Below, piece by piece: positions 20,965 to 29,894 of a DNA stretch of 32,000 bases. Numbering within the stretch: position 1 is the first letter of the stretch; each line of letters begins with the position of its first letter. The position numbers and the translations under genes were made by a program. The notes beneath the pieces were generated by a model, which did no database searches, was not told the origin of the DNA, and was given only the letters and a program-made list of their open reading frames with translations. Source of the stretch: Sulfolobus acidocaldarius DSM 639 (GTDB lineage: Archaea > Thermoproteota > Thermoprotei_A > Sulfolobales > Sulfolobaceae); contig NC_007181.1 of NCBI RefSeq assembly GCF_000012285.1, positions 1,110,001 through 1,142,000 of the forward strand, read 5' to 3'.

Positions 20965-21220
20965 CTCTTCTCCTAATGTAACTTACTGATATTTCTAAAA
21001 GATATTCCTCCATGGATAACAATCTATATTCAGTCTCATTTAATTTTATTACAAGACCAACTTTGGTTAAATATCTGATCACATTTATTGAAACCTTCTT
21101 TGAGAAATATGGTGAAAGGACTTGTATAGCTTCACCTATATTGAATTTTTCAGTTTCAAATTTCTTATAAAGTAGAAAATATATTATTATTTCCCTTTTC
21201 TTTAGCCATCTCATAATCAA
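20939..21220 (-). CDS. Hypothetical small protein, possibly winged-helix DNA-binding
   Basis: NIGEAIQVLSPYFSKKVSINVIRYLTKVGLVIKLNETEYRLL has a wHTH-like pattern: helix, recognition helix, then a G-L-V-x-K wing. The start is ambiguous (TTG 21220 or ATG 21214), and the TTG coincides with the D box of the upstream sRNA candidate. Confidence 0.4.
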   Translation of the reverse strand: MIMRWLKKREIIIYFLLYKKFETEKFNIGEAIQVLSPYFSKKVSINVIRYLTKVGLVIKLNETEYRLLSMEEYLLEISVSYIRRRATLHHKTQ

Positions 21221-21265
21221 CAGCCTAGTTAATCATCATTTCTCAGACCTTACGAGACCTATCAC
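21217..21265 (-). ncRNA. Candidate box C/D sRNA immediately upstream of, and overlapping, the 93-aa ORF start
   Basis: Minus strand reads GTGATAG(C, 21265-21259)-gtctcgtaaggt(12 nt)-CTGA(D', 21246-21243)-gaa-ATGATGA(C', 21239-21233)-ttaactaggctg(12 nt)-TTGA(D, 21220-21217). Spacing is a perfect 12/3/12. The outer boxes change C-position 6 (G to A) and D-position 1 (C to U) together, which keeps the K-turn Watson-Crick pair. ATATATTAAC lies about 26 nt upstream of the likely 5' end. Confidence 0.65.
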
Positions 21266-21306
21266 TACATTTTTAGATTAGGTAATAAGAGTTAATATAT
21301 GTTAAT

Positions 21307-21816
21307 ATGCCATATGTTGATGTTGGAGCTAAAATTTGTAGACCAACTGAGTATCAAAAAGTAGAAAAAGGAGATATCATACTAGTATATCCTGCAACGC
21401 TAAAGATAAACAAACAGTTAATACAATTTCCGCCTTTATCTGTAGTATCAGAAAATTGTGAGAATTTTATTGAAAGCCCAAATTGGGTAGATGGATATAT
21501 AGTTAAAGGGAATGAACGTATTGAATTTTTAGAAGGAAGAGACTTAATAAAAGGAGAAATCAAAGTCCATGAAAACTTACTTACAGCTTTCACTTTAAAG
21601 AAATTACTACCTAAACAGCTAGAGATAAAAATCCTTAAAATTAAGGTTAAAGCACAGCCCATAATCTCAGTTCAGGATGTTCCGTTAGTGTACTTAGCTG
21701 GAAATTTAGTTATCATACCAAGTATGGACTATAAGAAGTATTTGGAATTGTTCGCGTATTCTTTATATTATTATATATCATCGTCTTCAGCTGACGACAG
21801 AAACATATCCATTTGA
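21307..21816 (+). CDS. Hypothetical protein (169 aa)
   Basis: The ORF has a reasonable composition. No motif recognised. Its last 46 nt overlap the 3' end of xpb on the opposite strand. Confidence 0.45.
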   Translation: MPYVDVGAKICRPTEYQKVEKGDIILVYPATLKINKQLIQFPPLSVVSENCENFIESPNWVDGYIVKGNERIEFLEGRDLIKGEIKVHENLLTAFTLKKLLPKQLEIKILKIKVKAQPIISVQDVPLVYLAGNLVIIPSMDYKKYLELFAYSLYYYISSSSADDRNISI

Positions 21817-23174
21817 GTCTCCTTACGCTTTAATGCCTGATATTCTTCTGCAGTACCCCTAACCATTATTTCATAAAGCCTTGCCTTTTTATCAACACCG
21901 GGTCTTAATAATCTACCTAATCTTTGAATAAACTGCCTTCTTGACCCAGTTCCAGTAACTATTATACCTACATTTGCATCAGGTATATCTAGTCCTTCGT
22001 CACCTACAGTGGTCAACACTAAGACTCCGCTCTTCATACTCTTAAAAATGTTAAGTATTCTTTCTCTTTCGCTCTTAGAAATTTTTCCTGTTATCAAAAG
22101 ACCATTAATAGTCCTAGCAATTTCTTCAGCCTGATCTACATATTGCGTAAATATTAAAATCTTATTACCTTTCTCCTTCTCTACAATTCTCTTCACGGCG
22201 TCTATTTTCTGTTTAGCAAGATTTACGAGTTTACGCATATCGTTATATATCTTTAAGGCTTCTATAGCGTCACTATCACCCTTTTTTGCCAACATAAGCA
22301 GTTCTGAGACTTTTCTTGATCTAGAATATTTTTTAAATTTATTTAGTAGCTCGTTGTACATCATTCTTTCATCAATCGATAGTTGAACCTTCTCCTGGAC
22401 AACTTCATATGGAGCTAAATAACCCTTCTCGATTAATTCCTGAGGAGATTTAAAGTAAATTAATCCGCCCATAAATTTAAAAAGTTCTTCGTGCTTTCCG
22501 TCATCTCTATAGGGGGTAGCTGATAAACCTAGTCTCTTGGTAGCTATAGAGTTAAGGGCAATTCTTTTAAATTTTTCAGCAGGCAAATGATGAGCCTCAT
22601 CGATAACCAGAACATCGAATTTGTATGAAAGTTCTTGAATATGCCTATATGCAGTCTGGTAAGTTGATACTGTTATAGGTTTAATCTCTTTTTTCTCGGA
22701 GTAGTATAATCCAATCTTGCGTTTTTCTATATTAGTGAATCTTATGAAAGCATCTCTCCACTGTAGCATCTGCTCCTTAGTGTATGTCACTATTAGTGTA
22801 GATTGCTTAACAGCACATGCCGCACTTATACCAATTAAGGTTTTCCCTGCACCTGTGGGGAGAGCTATTACACCTGACCCCTTTTCTAACCATTTTGACA
22901 GTGCTTCTTTTTGGTACTCTCTTAATTCACCTTTAAACTCTATATCTAAAACATCGAATTGTAAATCTAATGGCTTAACTATCAATCCATTCTCTTCAAA
23001 TCGTGATTTTAAGAAAACATAATAGTAAGGGAACGTTATGAAGATCTTTCTCGTCTTATCATATTTAATAATCTTTTGCTCATAATAGTCTTTGATTAAT
23101 TCCATTAAATATACATGTGGTTTAATTATAAGTCCTTCAGAGTTTAATTCAAATTCTACGTCATAAGAAGGCAA
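21771..23174 (-). CDS. xpb: XPB/Rad25-type SF2 DNA repair helicase (coordinates as in the track, TTG start; the true N-terminus may lie further upstream)
   Basis: Motif [12 protein letters not shown], motif [14 protein letters not shown], motif III SATP, an RED-like YRDDG, motif [12 protein letters not shown], and motif [15 protein letters not shown]. An N-terminal damage-recognition-like domain is present. The frame stays open for 31 more codons upstream of the TTG, with no ATG/GTG/TTG among them. Confidence 0.9.
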   Translation of the reverse strand: MPSYDVEFELNSEGLIIKPHVYLMELIKDYYEQKIIKYDKTRKIFITFPYYYVFLKSRFEENGLIVKPLDLQFDVLDIEFKGELREYQKEALSKWLEKGSGVIALPTGAGKTLIGISAACAVKQSTLIVTYTKEQMLQWRDAFIRFTNIEKRKIGLYYSEKKEIKPITVSTYQTAYRHIQELSYKFDVLVIDEAHHLPAEKFKRIALNSIATKRLGLSATPYRDDGKHEELFKFMGGLIYFKSPQELIEKGYLAPYEVVQEKVQLSIDERMMYNELLNKFKKYSRSRKVSELLMLAKKGDSDAIEALKIYNDMRKLVNLAKQKIDAVKRIVEKEKGNKILIFTQYVDQAEEIARTINGLLITGKISKSERERILNIFKSMKSGVLVLTTVGDEGLDIPDANVGIIVTGTGSRRQFIQRLGRLLRPGVDKKARLYEIMVRGTAEEYQALKRKETQMDMFLSSAEDDDI

Positions 23175-23239
23175 GTATTTTTTGAGGCTTTCGAACTCCT
23201 CCTCTGAAAATTCAACTCCAATTTCTTCTAGTATATTCT

Positions 23240-23401
23240 TTATATCAATAATCGAATTCCATTTTTTCTAGCACGATCCACATCTATTACAAAAATTGAC
23301 CCATTATCGGGATCTCTACCTAAAAATCTGCAAAATGTCAAGAGTTTTTTAAACGTTTCATTATCTATCCATTGTTGAATGTAAAAAGTCTTCAAGGTCA
23401 T
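23240..23401 (-). CDS. 53-codon ORF upstream of xpb (possible 5' segment of xpb)
   Basis: Hand translation gives [53 protein letters not shown]. The ATG at 23401 lies immediately after in-frame TGA TAA. It is not in the track because it is under 60 aa. It overlaps the 3' end of the 125-aa ORF by 41 nt and the open xpb frame by 28 nt. Confidence 0.45.
   Translation of the reverse strand: MTLKTFYIQQWIDNETFKKLLTFCRFLGRDPDNGSIFVIDVDRARKNGIRLLI
23261..23267 (-). other. A-AAA-AAT heptamer in X-XXY-YYZ register relative to the upstream 53-codon ORF (candidate -1 frameshift site, or an indel-prone A6 tract)
   Basis: Minus strand reads gct aga aaa aat gga in the upstream ORF frame. Shifting -1 at A-AAA-AAT enters the xpb frame (aaa aaa tgg aat tcg...), which is open from 23267 into xpb. 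Confidence 0.5.
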
Positions 23402-23738
23402 CCTTTATCACTTCTACATAAATTACTTCAAGACCGTCACAATACTTTTTTATAAACTCATTGAAATTTAAGATTTGGTAGATAAAATAGGTATTATCTC
23501 CTCTATTGAATAAACAACATAACTTTAGATTTTCATCTTTAATTTCATTTTTAATGTATAAAAAGGTATAAATAATCTCGTCGTTAAAAGGATCTACGTA
23601 AAAAATAATTCCATAGCCATTAGACAAAGTCATACCTAGAATATCTTTTCCTAACTCCTCAGCTTCAGATAAACCTAATAATAAAGCCTCTTTAAAACCC
23701 TTTATACTAACCTCTGATAAAAGCTCCCTTAGTTTCAC
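23361..23738 (-). CDS. Hypothetical protein (125 aa)
   Basis: The ORF is on the same strand as xpb and upstream of it. No motif recognised. Confidence 0.45.
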   Translation of the reverse strand: MKLRELLSEVSIKGFKEALLLGLSEAEELGKDILGMTLSNGYGIIFYVDPFNDEIIYTFLYIKNEIKDENLKLCCLFNRGDNTYFIYQILNFNEFIKKYCDGLEVIYVEVIKDDLEDFLHSTMDR

Positions 23739-23782
23739 AATTATTAACTATTTTATACCTTTGACTTATATGCTTAATTGAG

Positions 23783-24115
23783 ATGACTTACATACTTGTT
23801 CTAACCACCACAAATACCATGGAGTCTGCTAACAAAATTGCAAAAACTTTAGTCGATGAGAGGGTAGCTGCTTGCGTAAATATATTTCCTTATATTAAAT
23901 CTTATTATGTATGGGAAGGAAAGACTACCGTAGATGACGAGATTTTACTCTTAATTAAGAGCCATAATAGCATGACACAAAAGTTAATACAAAGAATTAA
24001 GGAACTTCATCCTTACAAGATACCAGAAATTATAATAATTAATTTTAATGAAGGGTTTGACAAATATTTAGATTGGATCAAAGAGAGCGTGACATTAGAT
24101 GAAAATAAAGATTGA
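23783..24115 (+). CDS. cutA: Divalent-cation tolerance protein CutA
   Basis: ILVLTTTNTMESANKIAKTLVDERVAACVNI...SYYVWEGK...DEILLLIKS...HPYKIPEII is the CutA1 signature pattern (ACVN, Y-W-G, HPY-x-PE). Confidence 0.88.
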   Translation: MTYILVLTTTNTMESANKIAKTLVDERVAACVNIFPYIKSYYVWEGKTTVDDEILLLIKSHNSMTQKLIQRIKELHPYKIPEIIIINFNEGFDKYLDWIKESVTLDENKD

Positions 24116-24392
24116 TGAGAGTTATTTAAGTAAATTGGAGCAGTTAGCTCTTATTAGACTTAAAAATGAAGAAAAGGATAAAATTTCAAATGATTTACAG
24201 AGGATTATAGACTTCTTTGAAAAAATTAATGAGTTAGAATTAAAAGATGTAGAGCCTTTATTCCACCCTATTTCAAGCGGAAAATTAAGAAAGGACGAGC
24301 CTTTGAAACCGTTAAACAGAGATGAAGCTTTACAGAACGTAAAAAGAAAGGAAAACGGATACATAGTCGGACCAAGAACTTACGGTGAGTAA
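24099..24392 (+). CDS. gatC: Asp/Glu-tRNA amidotransferase subunit C
   Basis: The ~97-aa size, the [39 protein letters not shown] pattern, and the position immediately upstream of gatA (overlapping it) all fit GatC. Confidence 0.85.
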   Translation: MKIKIDESYLSKLEQLALIRLKNEEKDKISNDLQRIIDFFEKINELELKDVEPLFHPISSGKLRKDEPLKPLNRDEALQNVKRKENGYIVGPRTYGE

Positions 24393-25824
24393 CTTGATTG
24401 AAGATGTAGTGGAAAGCCTAAAAAACGGAAATTTGACTCCTGAGGACTACGTAGAAAAAACGTACGAAAAAATAGAAAGAGTTGAAAAGCTAATACACAG
24501 CTTTATAACAATAAGAAATAAGCAGGAAATAATAGATGAAGTAAAGAAAAATATTAGTAATAAACACGGAAAATTAGCAGGAGTATTGATCGCGATCAAA
24601 GATAACATTTCTACTTTAGGAATCAGAACCACATGTGCTTCTAGGATATTAGAGGACTATATTCCACCTTATGACGCGACCGTTGTAGAGAAACTCAAAA
24701 GCGAGGGTGCAGTAATAATAGGAAAGACCAATATGGACGAGTTTGCAATGGGATCGACCACCGAAACAAGTTATTTTGGTCCCACAAAAAATCCATGGGA
24801 TCTGGAAAGAACACCTGGAGGATCTTCCGGAGGAAGTGGCGCAGTTCTAGCTGGTGGAATTGTGGAATTAGCATTAGGTAGTGATACAGGAGGATCCATA
24901 CGAGCTCCTGCAGCCTTTAATGGAGTATTTGGCTTGAAGCCCTCTTACGGAACAGTTAGTAGATATGGACTAATTGCATATGCAAATAGTTTAGAGCAAA
25001 TAGGTCCTATGGCTAAAAATGCAGAAGACCTAGAATTATTATATGATGTTATAGCAGGTGAAGATTGGAGAGATGCTACTACCATAAGTATAAATAAAAA
25101 TGAGTATAAACGTGACGGTTCATCTAAAGTTGATCTAAAGAACATTAAAATAGCTGTTCTTAAGGATATACTCGAGGCTTCAGAAAAACCGGTAACATCG
25201 GCGTTTAATGAGATATTAGATAAACTTGTTTCAGAAGGAGTATCAATAGATTACATAGAATTTAAATTGGCAGAGTATGCATTACCAGCATATTATATTA
25301 TTGCAATGTCGGAAGCTAGCTCTAATCTAGCTAGATTCGATGGAGTTAGATATGGATATAGTGCACATTATGATGGAATTTGGAAAGATACTTACGGAAA
25401 AAATAGAGGAGAAGGGTTTGGAATAGAGGTTAAAAGAAGAATTATGCTTGGTAGCTTCATCTTAAGTGCAGGATATTATGAACAATATTATATTAAGGCA
25501 TTGAAAGTGAGAAGGTTGATAAAAGATGAGATAGATAGAATTCTAAAGCAATATGACTTCATTGCATCACCCACAATGCCAATAATTCCTCCAAAATTAG
25601 GAGAAGTAGTAGGAGATCCACTAAAAATGTACGCAATGGATCTTAACACCGTTATAGCAAATTTGGCTGGTGTACCTGCTTTATCACAACCTATAGGATT
25701 TTACAATAATCTACCAATAGGTTTGCAGTTGATGGGTAGTTATTTATCAGACTATAAATTGATAAACATTTCTAAAAACATAGAAAAAATATCTAAATAT
25801 TATAATTTAACAGCTAATATTTAA
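24385..25824 (+). CDS. gatA: Asp/Glu-tRNA amidotransferase subunit A (amidase signature family)
   Basis: The amidase signature [40 protein letters not shown] is present. The GTG start overlaps the gatC stop. No gatB lies in this window. Confidence 0.93.
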   Translation: MSNLIEDVVESLKNGNLTPEDYVEKTYEKIERVEKLIHSFITIRNKQEIIDEVKKNISNKHGKLAGVLIAIKDNISTLGIRTTCASRILEDYIPPYDATVVEKLKSEGAVIIGKTNMDEFAMGSTTETSYFGPTKNPWDLERTPGGSSGGSGAVLAGGIVELALGSDTGGSIRAPAAFNGVFGLKPSYGTVSRYGLIAYANSLEQIGPMAKNAEDLELLYDVIAGEDWRDATTISINKNEYKRDGSSKVDLKNIKIAVLKDILEASEKPVTSAFNEILDKLVSEGVSIDYIEFKLAEYALPAYYIIAMSEASSNLARFDGVRYGYSAHYDGIWKDTYGKNRGEGFGIEVKRRIMLGSFILSAGYYEQYYIKALKVRRLIKDEIDRILKQYDFIASPTMPIIPPKLGEVVGDPLKMYAMDLNTVIANLAGVPALSQPIGFYNNLPIGLQLMGSYLSDYKLINISKNIEKISKYYNLTANI

Positions 25825-25869
25825 AGCACCTACACAAAGCTTTTTTACTTAACTAAATAGTTTTTACTG

Positions 25870-26946
25870 ATGGAAGGACAATTAAAGATAGATACGTTTA
25901 GCGTAATTATGAAAGAGCTGGAGAAGGAGAAATATCATGTAGTGGGAAGCCACAGTGTGTATAAAAAATGTCATTGGACTCATGAAGCTTTGACTACTGG
26001 TAGATACTGCTATAAGGGTAAGTTCTATGGCATAGAAAGCCATAGATGTGTACAAATGTCTCCCTCTGCTGCATGGTGCTGGTTCAGATGTATACACTGC
26101 TGGAGATTGGAGCCTGAGGATATAGGTATTGAATGGGACGAGACTAAAATTCCGATAGAGGATGAACCTGAAATTATTGTGGAGAGATCAATAGAGGAAC
26201 ATAAGAGGGCAGTTTCAGGATACTTTGGAAGAAACGGTGTTCCTAAAAATAAAGTTATAGACGCAGCTACACCAAGGCATGTAGCAATTAGCCTCACTGG
26301 AGAACCTACTTTATACAATAGAATTGGAGAGCTAATTAAAGAGTATCATAGGAAAGGATTAACTACATTTCTAGTCACAAGTGGTGTAAGACCTGATATA
26401 TTGGCAAGCTTGGAGGAGGAACCAACACAGCTTTTTGTATCAATACAGGCACCAAACTATAAAAAACATAAGATAATGAATAGACCTATAGTTCCTAATT
26501 CATGGGAACTGTTCTTAGAGACCCTTAAAATCCTTCCAAGTTTCAGCTCTCCAACAGTAATTAGAATGACAATGATAAAAGGGTATAACATGAGTGAGGA
26601 AGATGCAAAAGATTTCGCAAAACTTATTGAACTATCACAACCCACTTACATAGAAGTAAAATCTTATATGCATGTAGGACCCTCTACGTACAGATTAACA
26701 AAGGATGCTATGCCAAAACATAATGAAATCAGGGAGTTCTCTAAAATCTTAGCTAATTACACGGGTTATAAGATAATATCAGAACATGTTCCTAGTAGAA
26801 TACTTTTACTGAGCAGGCTTGATAAACCAATCCAAATAGGAAATGCATGGACAGACAAGTGGAATTGGAGCACAAAGGACACAGAAGATGATATGAATGG
26901 AGAATATAAGGAAGCAGAAGAAAGTTGTACGGAGGGTGGAATTTGA
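25870..26946 (+). CDS. taw1: tRNA 4-demethylwyosine synthase Taw1 (radical SAM, TYW1 homologue)
   Basis: The radical-SAM cluster motif CWFRCIHCW (CxxxCxxC) is present. The upstream Cys residues ([26 protein letters not shown]) are typical of the auxiliary cluster region of TYW1/Taw1. SLTGEPTLY is also present. Confidence 0.85.
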   Translation: MEGQLKIDTFSVIMKELEKEKYHVVGSHSVYKKCHWTHEALTTGRYCYKGKFYGIESHRCVQMSPSAAWCWFRCIHCWRLEPEDIGIEWDETKIPIEDEPEIIVERSIEEHKRAVSGYFGRNGVPKNKVIDAATPRHVAISLTGEPTLYNRIGELIKEYHRKGLTTFLVTSGVRPDILASLEEEPTQLFVSIQAPNYKKHKIMNRPIVPNSWELFLETLKILPSFSSPTVIRMTMIKGYNMSEEDAKDFAKLIELSQPTYIEVKSYMHVGPSTYRLTKDAMPKHNEIREFSKILANYTGYKIISEHVPSRILLLSRLDKPIQIGNAWTDKWNWSTKDTEDDMNGEYKEAEESCTEGGI

Positions 26947-26955
26947 AAAGCCCAA

Positions 26956-27600
26956 ATTACTTGTGAAAATATATTAATTTTAAATTATACTATAAACAAG
27001 ATAATTGTACAATCCGAGGTTGCAAAGAGTCTAGGTATTTCACAACAGACGGTATCAAGAAAACTAAAGGAGTTAGAGGATAGTGGAATAATAACCAGAA
27101 CATTACTTAAAGAAGGCGAATTGATAAAACTAACAGATGAGGGAGAAAAAATGCTTAGAGAATGTGCAGAATCTTTAGTAGACTTATTTGCAAAAAACAG
27201 GATAGTAAAAATAAAGGCAAAAGTCACTTCAGGACTTGGTGAAGGGAGAATATTTGTATCCCTTCCATATTACATGGAGGCATTCAATAAGTTTCTAGGA
27301 TTTCAGCCTTATCCTGGCACGCTAAATGCCGTAATATACGATAGAATATCTATGGAGAACAGGCTTCTTTTAGATCTAAGTAGGGGTATTTTAATACCAG
27401 AGCATAAGGAACCAAATAGAGTTTTAGGGAGCGTTAAAGCATTTCCAGCATCCATAAATTCAGTTTCTCCTGTTGCTGTTGTAATCCCAACTAGAACCAC
27501 CCACCCAAAGAGTGTTGTAGAATTATTATCTCCTCATAAACTTAGAGAGAAACTAGAATTAGAAGACGGAGACGAAATAGAAATAGAAGTTTATTTATGA
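26956..27600 (+). CDS. ribK: CTP-dependent riboflavin kinase (archaeal RibK) with an N-terminal wHTH domain; start codon unresolved
   Basis: The kinase domain (GLGEGRIFVSLPYYMEAFNKFLGFQPYPGTLN ... PTRTTHP) matches archaeal RibK. In the same frame upstream lies a clear HTH (SEVAKSLGISQQTVSRKLKELEDSGIITR). The only canonical in-frame start is TTG 27121, downstream of the HTH. The start given here is the in-frame ATT at 26956 and is tentative. Confidence 0.7.
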   Translation: MTCENILILNYTINKIIVQSEVAKSLGISQQTVSRKLKELEDSGIITRTLLKEGELIKLTDEGEKMLRECAESLVDLFAKNRIVKIKAKVTSGLGEGRIFVSLPYYMEAFNKFLGFQPYPGTLNAVIYDRISMENRLLLDLSRGILIPEHKEPNRVLGSVKAFPASINSVSPVAVVIPTRTTHPKSVVELLSPHKLREKLELEDGDEIEIEVYL

Positions 27601-27602
27601 TA

Positions 27603-28289
27603 TTAAGTTGAATTACAATATCTTTTTAGTACCTCGTTTATTATTGATGATGTACTCGAATGAGCCCAATTATTTATCCTTGACGGTATTCTAACTATCT
27701 TTTCAACTATAACACCTCTATTCTTAAGATCATCAATAAGTTTTTGTTCATCAACCTTCTGATCTGGTCCTAAAACTATAATATTTGGTTTAACCCTTTC
27801 CACACTCTTTAGAAAATCTTTTTCATCCCCTAGAAACGCATCATATACGTATTTTACACTTTTAATAACTTCTAATCGCTGATTCTCGTCATTTATTGGC
27901 TTTCTTCCCTTTATCTTTTCACTGTTTTTATCCCTCGCGACTGCAACATATACTCTACCATACTTAGACGCTTCACGTAGAAAAGCTATATGCCCAGGAT
28001 GTAAAATATCGAAAGTACCGGCTACAAATACCCTCTTAGATACTTGTCTCTCGATGTCTAGGTTCTCCATTTCGATTATCGCATCAAGTAAACCCTCTGC
28101 GTAAACCACATCTACCAATGCGGTTACTTTATCGTTTACACTAAGATAATACTTAGCATCTTCGACATATAGCTTTGCTAAGTTATATATTTTTTCATAT
28201 TTCTGTATAATTTCTGGCGATATCTTAGATAGCCTATCCTCCATTCCTTGTATGTATTTCCTCACTCTATCAGCTATTTCATCAACCAT
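27603..28289 (-). CDS. ribL: FAD synthase RibL (FMN adenylyltransferase, cytidylyltransferase fold) with an ~85-aa N-terminal helical extension
   Basis: [21 protein letters not shown]...VAVARD...[16 protein letters not shown]...VLGPDQ matches the archaeal RibL core, which is about 150 aa when stand-alone. The N-terminal 85 aa form an extra all-helical domain that looks DUF357-like to me. Confidence 0.78.
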   Translation of the reverse strand: MVDEIADRVRKYIQGMEDRLSKISPEIIQKYEKIYNLAKLYVEDAKYYLSVNDKVTALVDVVYAEGLLDAIIEMENLDIERQVSKRVFVAGTFDILHPGHIAFLREASKYGRVYVAVARDKNSEKIKGRKPINDENQRLEVIKSVKYVYDAFLGDEKDFLKSVERVKPNIIVLGPDQKVDEQKLIDDLKNRGVIVEKIVRIPSRINNWAHSSTSSIINEVLKRYCNST

Positions 28290-29029
28290 TTTAGACCCTC
28301 TATCTCCATATAATGTAAGGATTTTGAAGGAAATATTATTATATGTGGCGGGGACTTTAGATTATATTTTGCTATTTCCTTAATTTTAAGGCTGACTATT
28401 TCTTCATCATCACATCCTAGATGTTGACCTACTATGATAAGTGAATCTTCATTAATTATCCCCTGTTCTTCAATCTTTTCCATTTGTAAAAGCAGTGAAA
28501 CTGCATCCCTCGCACTCATATTAGGTTCTAAATAAAATATAGTATGAAGGTTTCTTTCCAAGTTTTCCTTTAACACTTTGTAAGGAGTTGTGTCAATTTT
28601 GCCATAATCGGTTGATGATATTATAGTTACCGACTTACCAAATTTGTACGATGATAACATGCTTTTCGAAATAATATAGCAATGAACTGAAACGCCAGGA
28701 ATTATACTTACCTGATGACCTTTAGTTCTAGCCTCAGTAACTAAACTTATATGAGTCGTAGCTATCATTGGATCACCTATAACAGCAATTCCTACACTCT
28801 TACCCTGATCTAACAATTCTAATATTTTCTTGTAGTTATTCTCTATAAAATCTCTGCCAACTGGTATAGGATTTATACCTAGTTGATGCAATCTACTTAT
28901 TAGATCGCCACAAGTTAATGAAGTATAAGTATCTGCATAAACAACGTCTGAGGTTCTCAGTTCATTCAACGCTATTTCAGTGATAAATTTATATGATAAC
29001 CCTAAACCTATGAGCTTAAGTACACCCAC
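28274..29029 (-). CDS. dphB: Diphthine synthase (DphB/Dph5)
   Basis: LKLIGLGL...[18 protein letters not shown] ... GDPMIATTH ... IPGVS is the tetrapyrrole-methylase-fold diphthine synthase pattern. It has a GTG start, and its 3' end overlaps ribL by 16 nt. Confidence 0.88.
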   Translation of the reverse strand: MGVLKLIGLGLSYKFITEIALNELRTSDVVYADTYTSLTCGDLISRLHQLGINPIPVGRDFIENNYKKILELLDQGKSVGIAVIGDPMIATTHISLVTEARTKGHQVSIIPGVSVHCYIISKSMLSSYKFGKSVTIISSTDYGKIDTTPYKVLKENLERNLHTIFYLEPNMSARDAVSLLLQMEKIEEQGIINEDSLIIVGQHLGCDDEEIVSLKIKEIAKYNLKSPPHIIIFPSKSLHYMEIEGLKWLMK

Positions 29030-29075
29030 TTGTTAATACGGAAATTTATAAGATATAAGATTTTAGTAATACCAG

Positions 29076-29840
29076 ATGATAAGTATATTTAATGATATTT
29101 ACATAGCTGAAGATTTACCTATACTTTATATTAAGCCACTTAATGCTGTAATATTATCTGATGTTCACATAGGCTTTGAGCAGGAGATGGCTAATAAGGG
29201 AATATACATTCCGAAGGTTCAGAAAAAAAGGTTCCTTACGATATATAGAAAAGCCTTAAACTACTTTAAAACAAATAAACTAATTATTAATGGAGATTTT
29301 AAGCACACATTTAACAAGATAACCAAGCAAGAAAGAGACGAATTAACGGAAATTCTTACTGAATTAAATGAAAACAAAATAGAAGTTAAAATAGTAAAGG
29401 GCAATCATGACAATTATATTTCAGCAGTAACAGAAAAATTCAGTAATGTGGAATTAGTTGAAGATATTAACGTTAATGATATATCAATATTTCATGGGCA
29501 TAAGAGAATTAACATGCAGGAGAACGAAAATAAAGTATATATTATAGGTCATGAGCACCCACGATTAAGTATAAAAGATAGACTAGGATTTGCAAGAAAA
29601 TTACAATGTTTCCTTAAAGTACCATTGAGAAATAACAGTACAGTTATAGTTTTACCCGCTACAGGTACCTATCAGTCAGGTAATGATGTTACCTTATCTC
29701 ACTCCACTTATATGTCCCCTATTATGAGAGAACATTCTATTTTAGAAAAAGCACGACCTTACGTAATAGTGGAAGGGCAAGGTATTATGGAGTTTCCAGA
29801 ACTAGGATTACTTAAAGATATTATTCACTCGATGGTTTAA
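29076..29840 (+). CDS. Calcineurin-like metallophosphoesterase
   Basis: Metal-binding motifs appear in order: SDVHIG, NGDFKH, GNHDN, HGH and GHEHP. Confidence 0.8.
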   Translation: MISIFNDIYIAEDLPILYIKPLNAVILSDVHIGFEQEMANKGIYIPKVQKKRFLTIYRKALNYFKTNKLIINGDFKHTFNKITKQERDELTEILTELNENKIEVKIVKGNHDNYISAVTEKFSNVELVEDINVNDISIFHGHKRINMQENENKVYIIGHEHPRLSIKDRLGFARKLQCFLKVPLRNNSTVIVLPATGTYQSGNDVTLSHSTYMSPIMREHSILEKARPYVIVEGQGIMEFPELGLLKDIIHSMV

Positions 29841-29853
29841 GAGAAAGTAGCTA

Positions 29854-29879
29854 TTTATAAATATAGGTTTTATAAATAT
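29854..29879 (+). promoter_or_regulatory. Two identical 11-bp TATA-box-like elements (TTTATAAATAT) upstream of tbp
   Basis: 29854-29864 and 29869-29879 are identical and start 15 bp apart. A GGTGA Shine-Dalgarno-like element follows at 29887-29891. Confidence 0.55.
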
Positions 29880-29894
29880 TGAGTAAGGTGATAT

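Noticed and set aside
20950-20989. ATGATGA ... CTGA pair in the overlap of the 108-aa and 93-aa ORFs
   Set aside because: Only 28 nt separate the boxes, there are no credible internal C'/D' boxes, and the D-side guide would be 2 nt long. It also lies in coding sequence on both strands.
21354-23022. Track ORFs 21354..21662(-) and 22717..23022(+)
   Set aside because: They are antisense to the 169-aa ORF and to xpb respectively. The xpb shadow is clearly spurious. The 21354..21662 ORF competes with the 169-aa hypothetical ORF. I kept the longer plus-strand ORF because it has an ATG start with an upstream AT-rich promoter region, but neither has homology support.
24122-25145. Track ORFs 24122..24364(-), 24447..24632(-) and 24945..25145(-)
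   Set aside because: They are antisense to gatC and gatA and are shadow ORFs.
25882-26645. Track ORFs 25882..26097(-), 26025..26318(-) and 26457..26645(-)
   Set aside because: They are antisense to taw1 and are shadow ORFs.
26985-27500. Track ORFs 26985..27227(-) and 27309..27500(-)
   Set aside because: They are antisense to the ribK HTH and kinase coding sequence, and the plus-strand translation has clear domain signatures.
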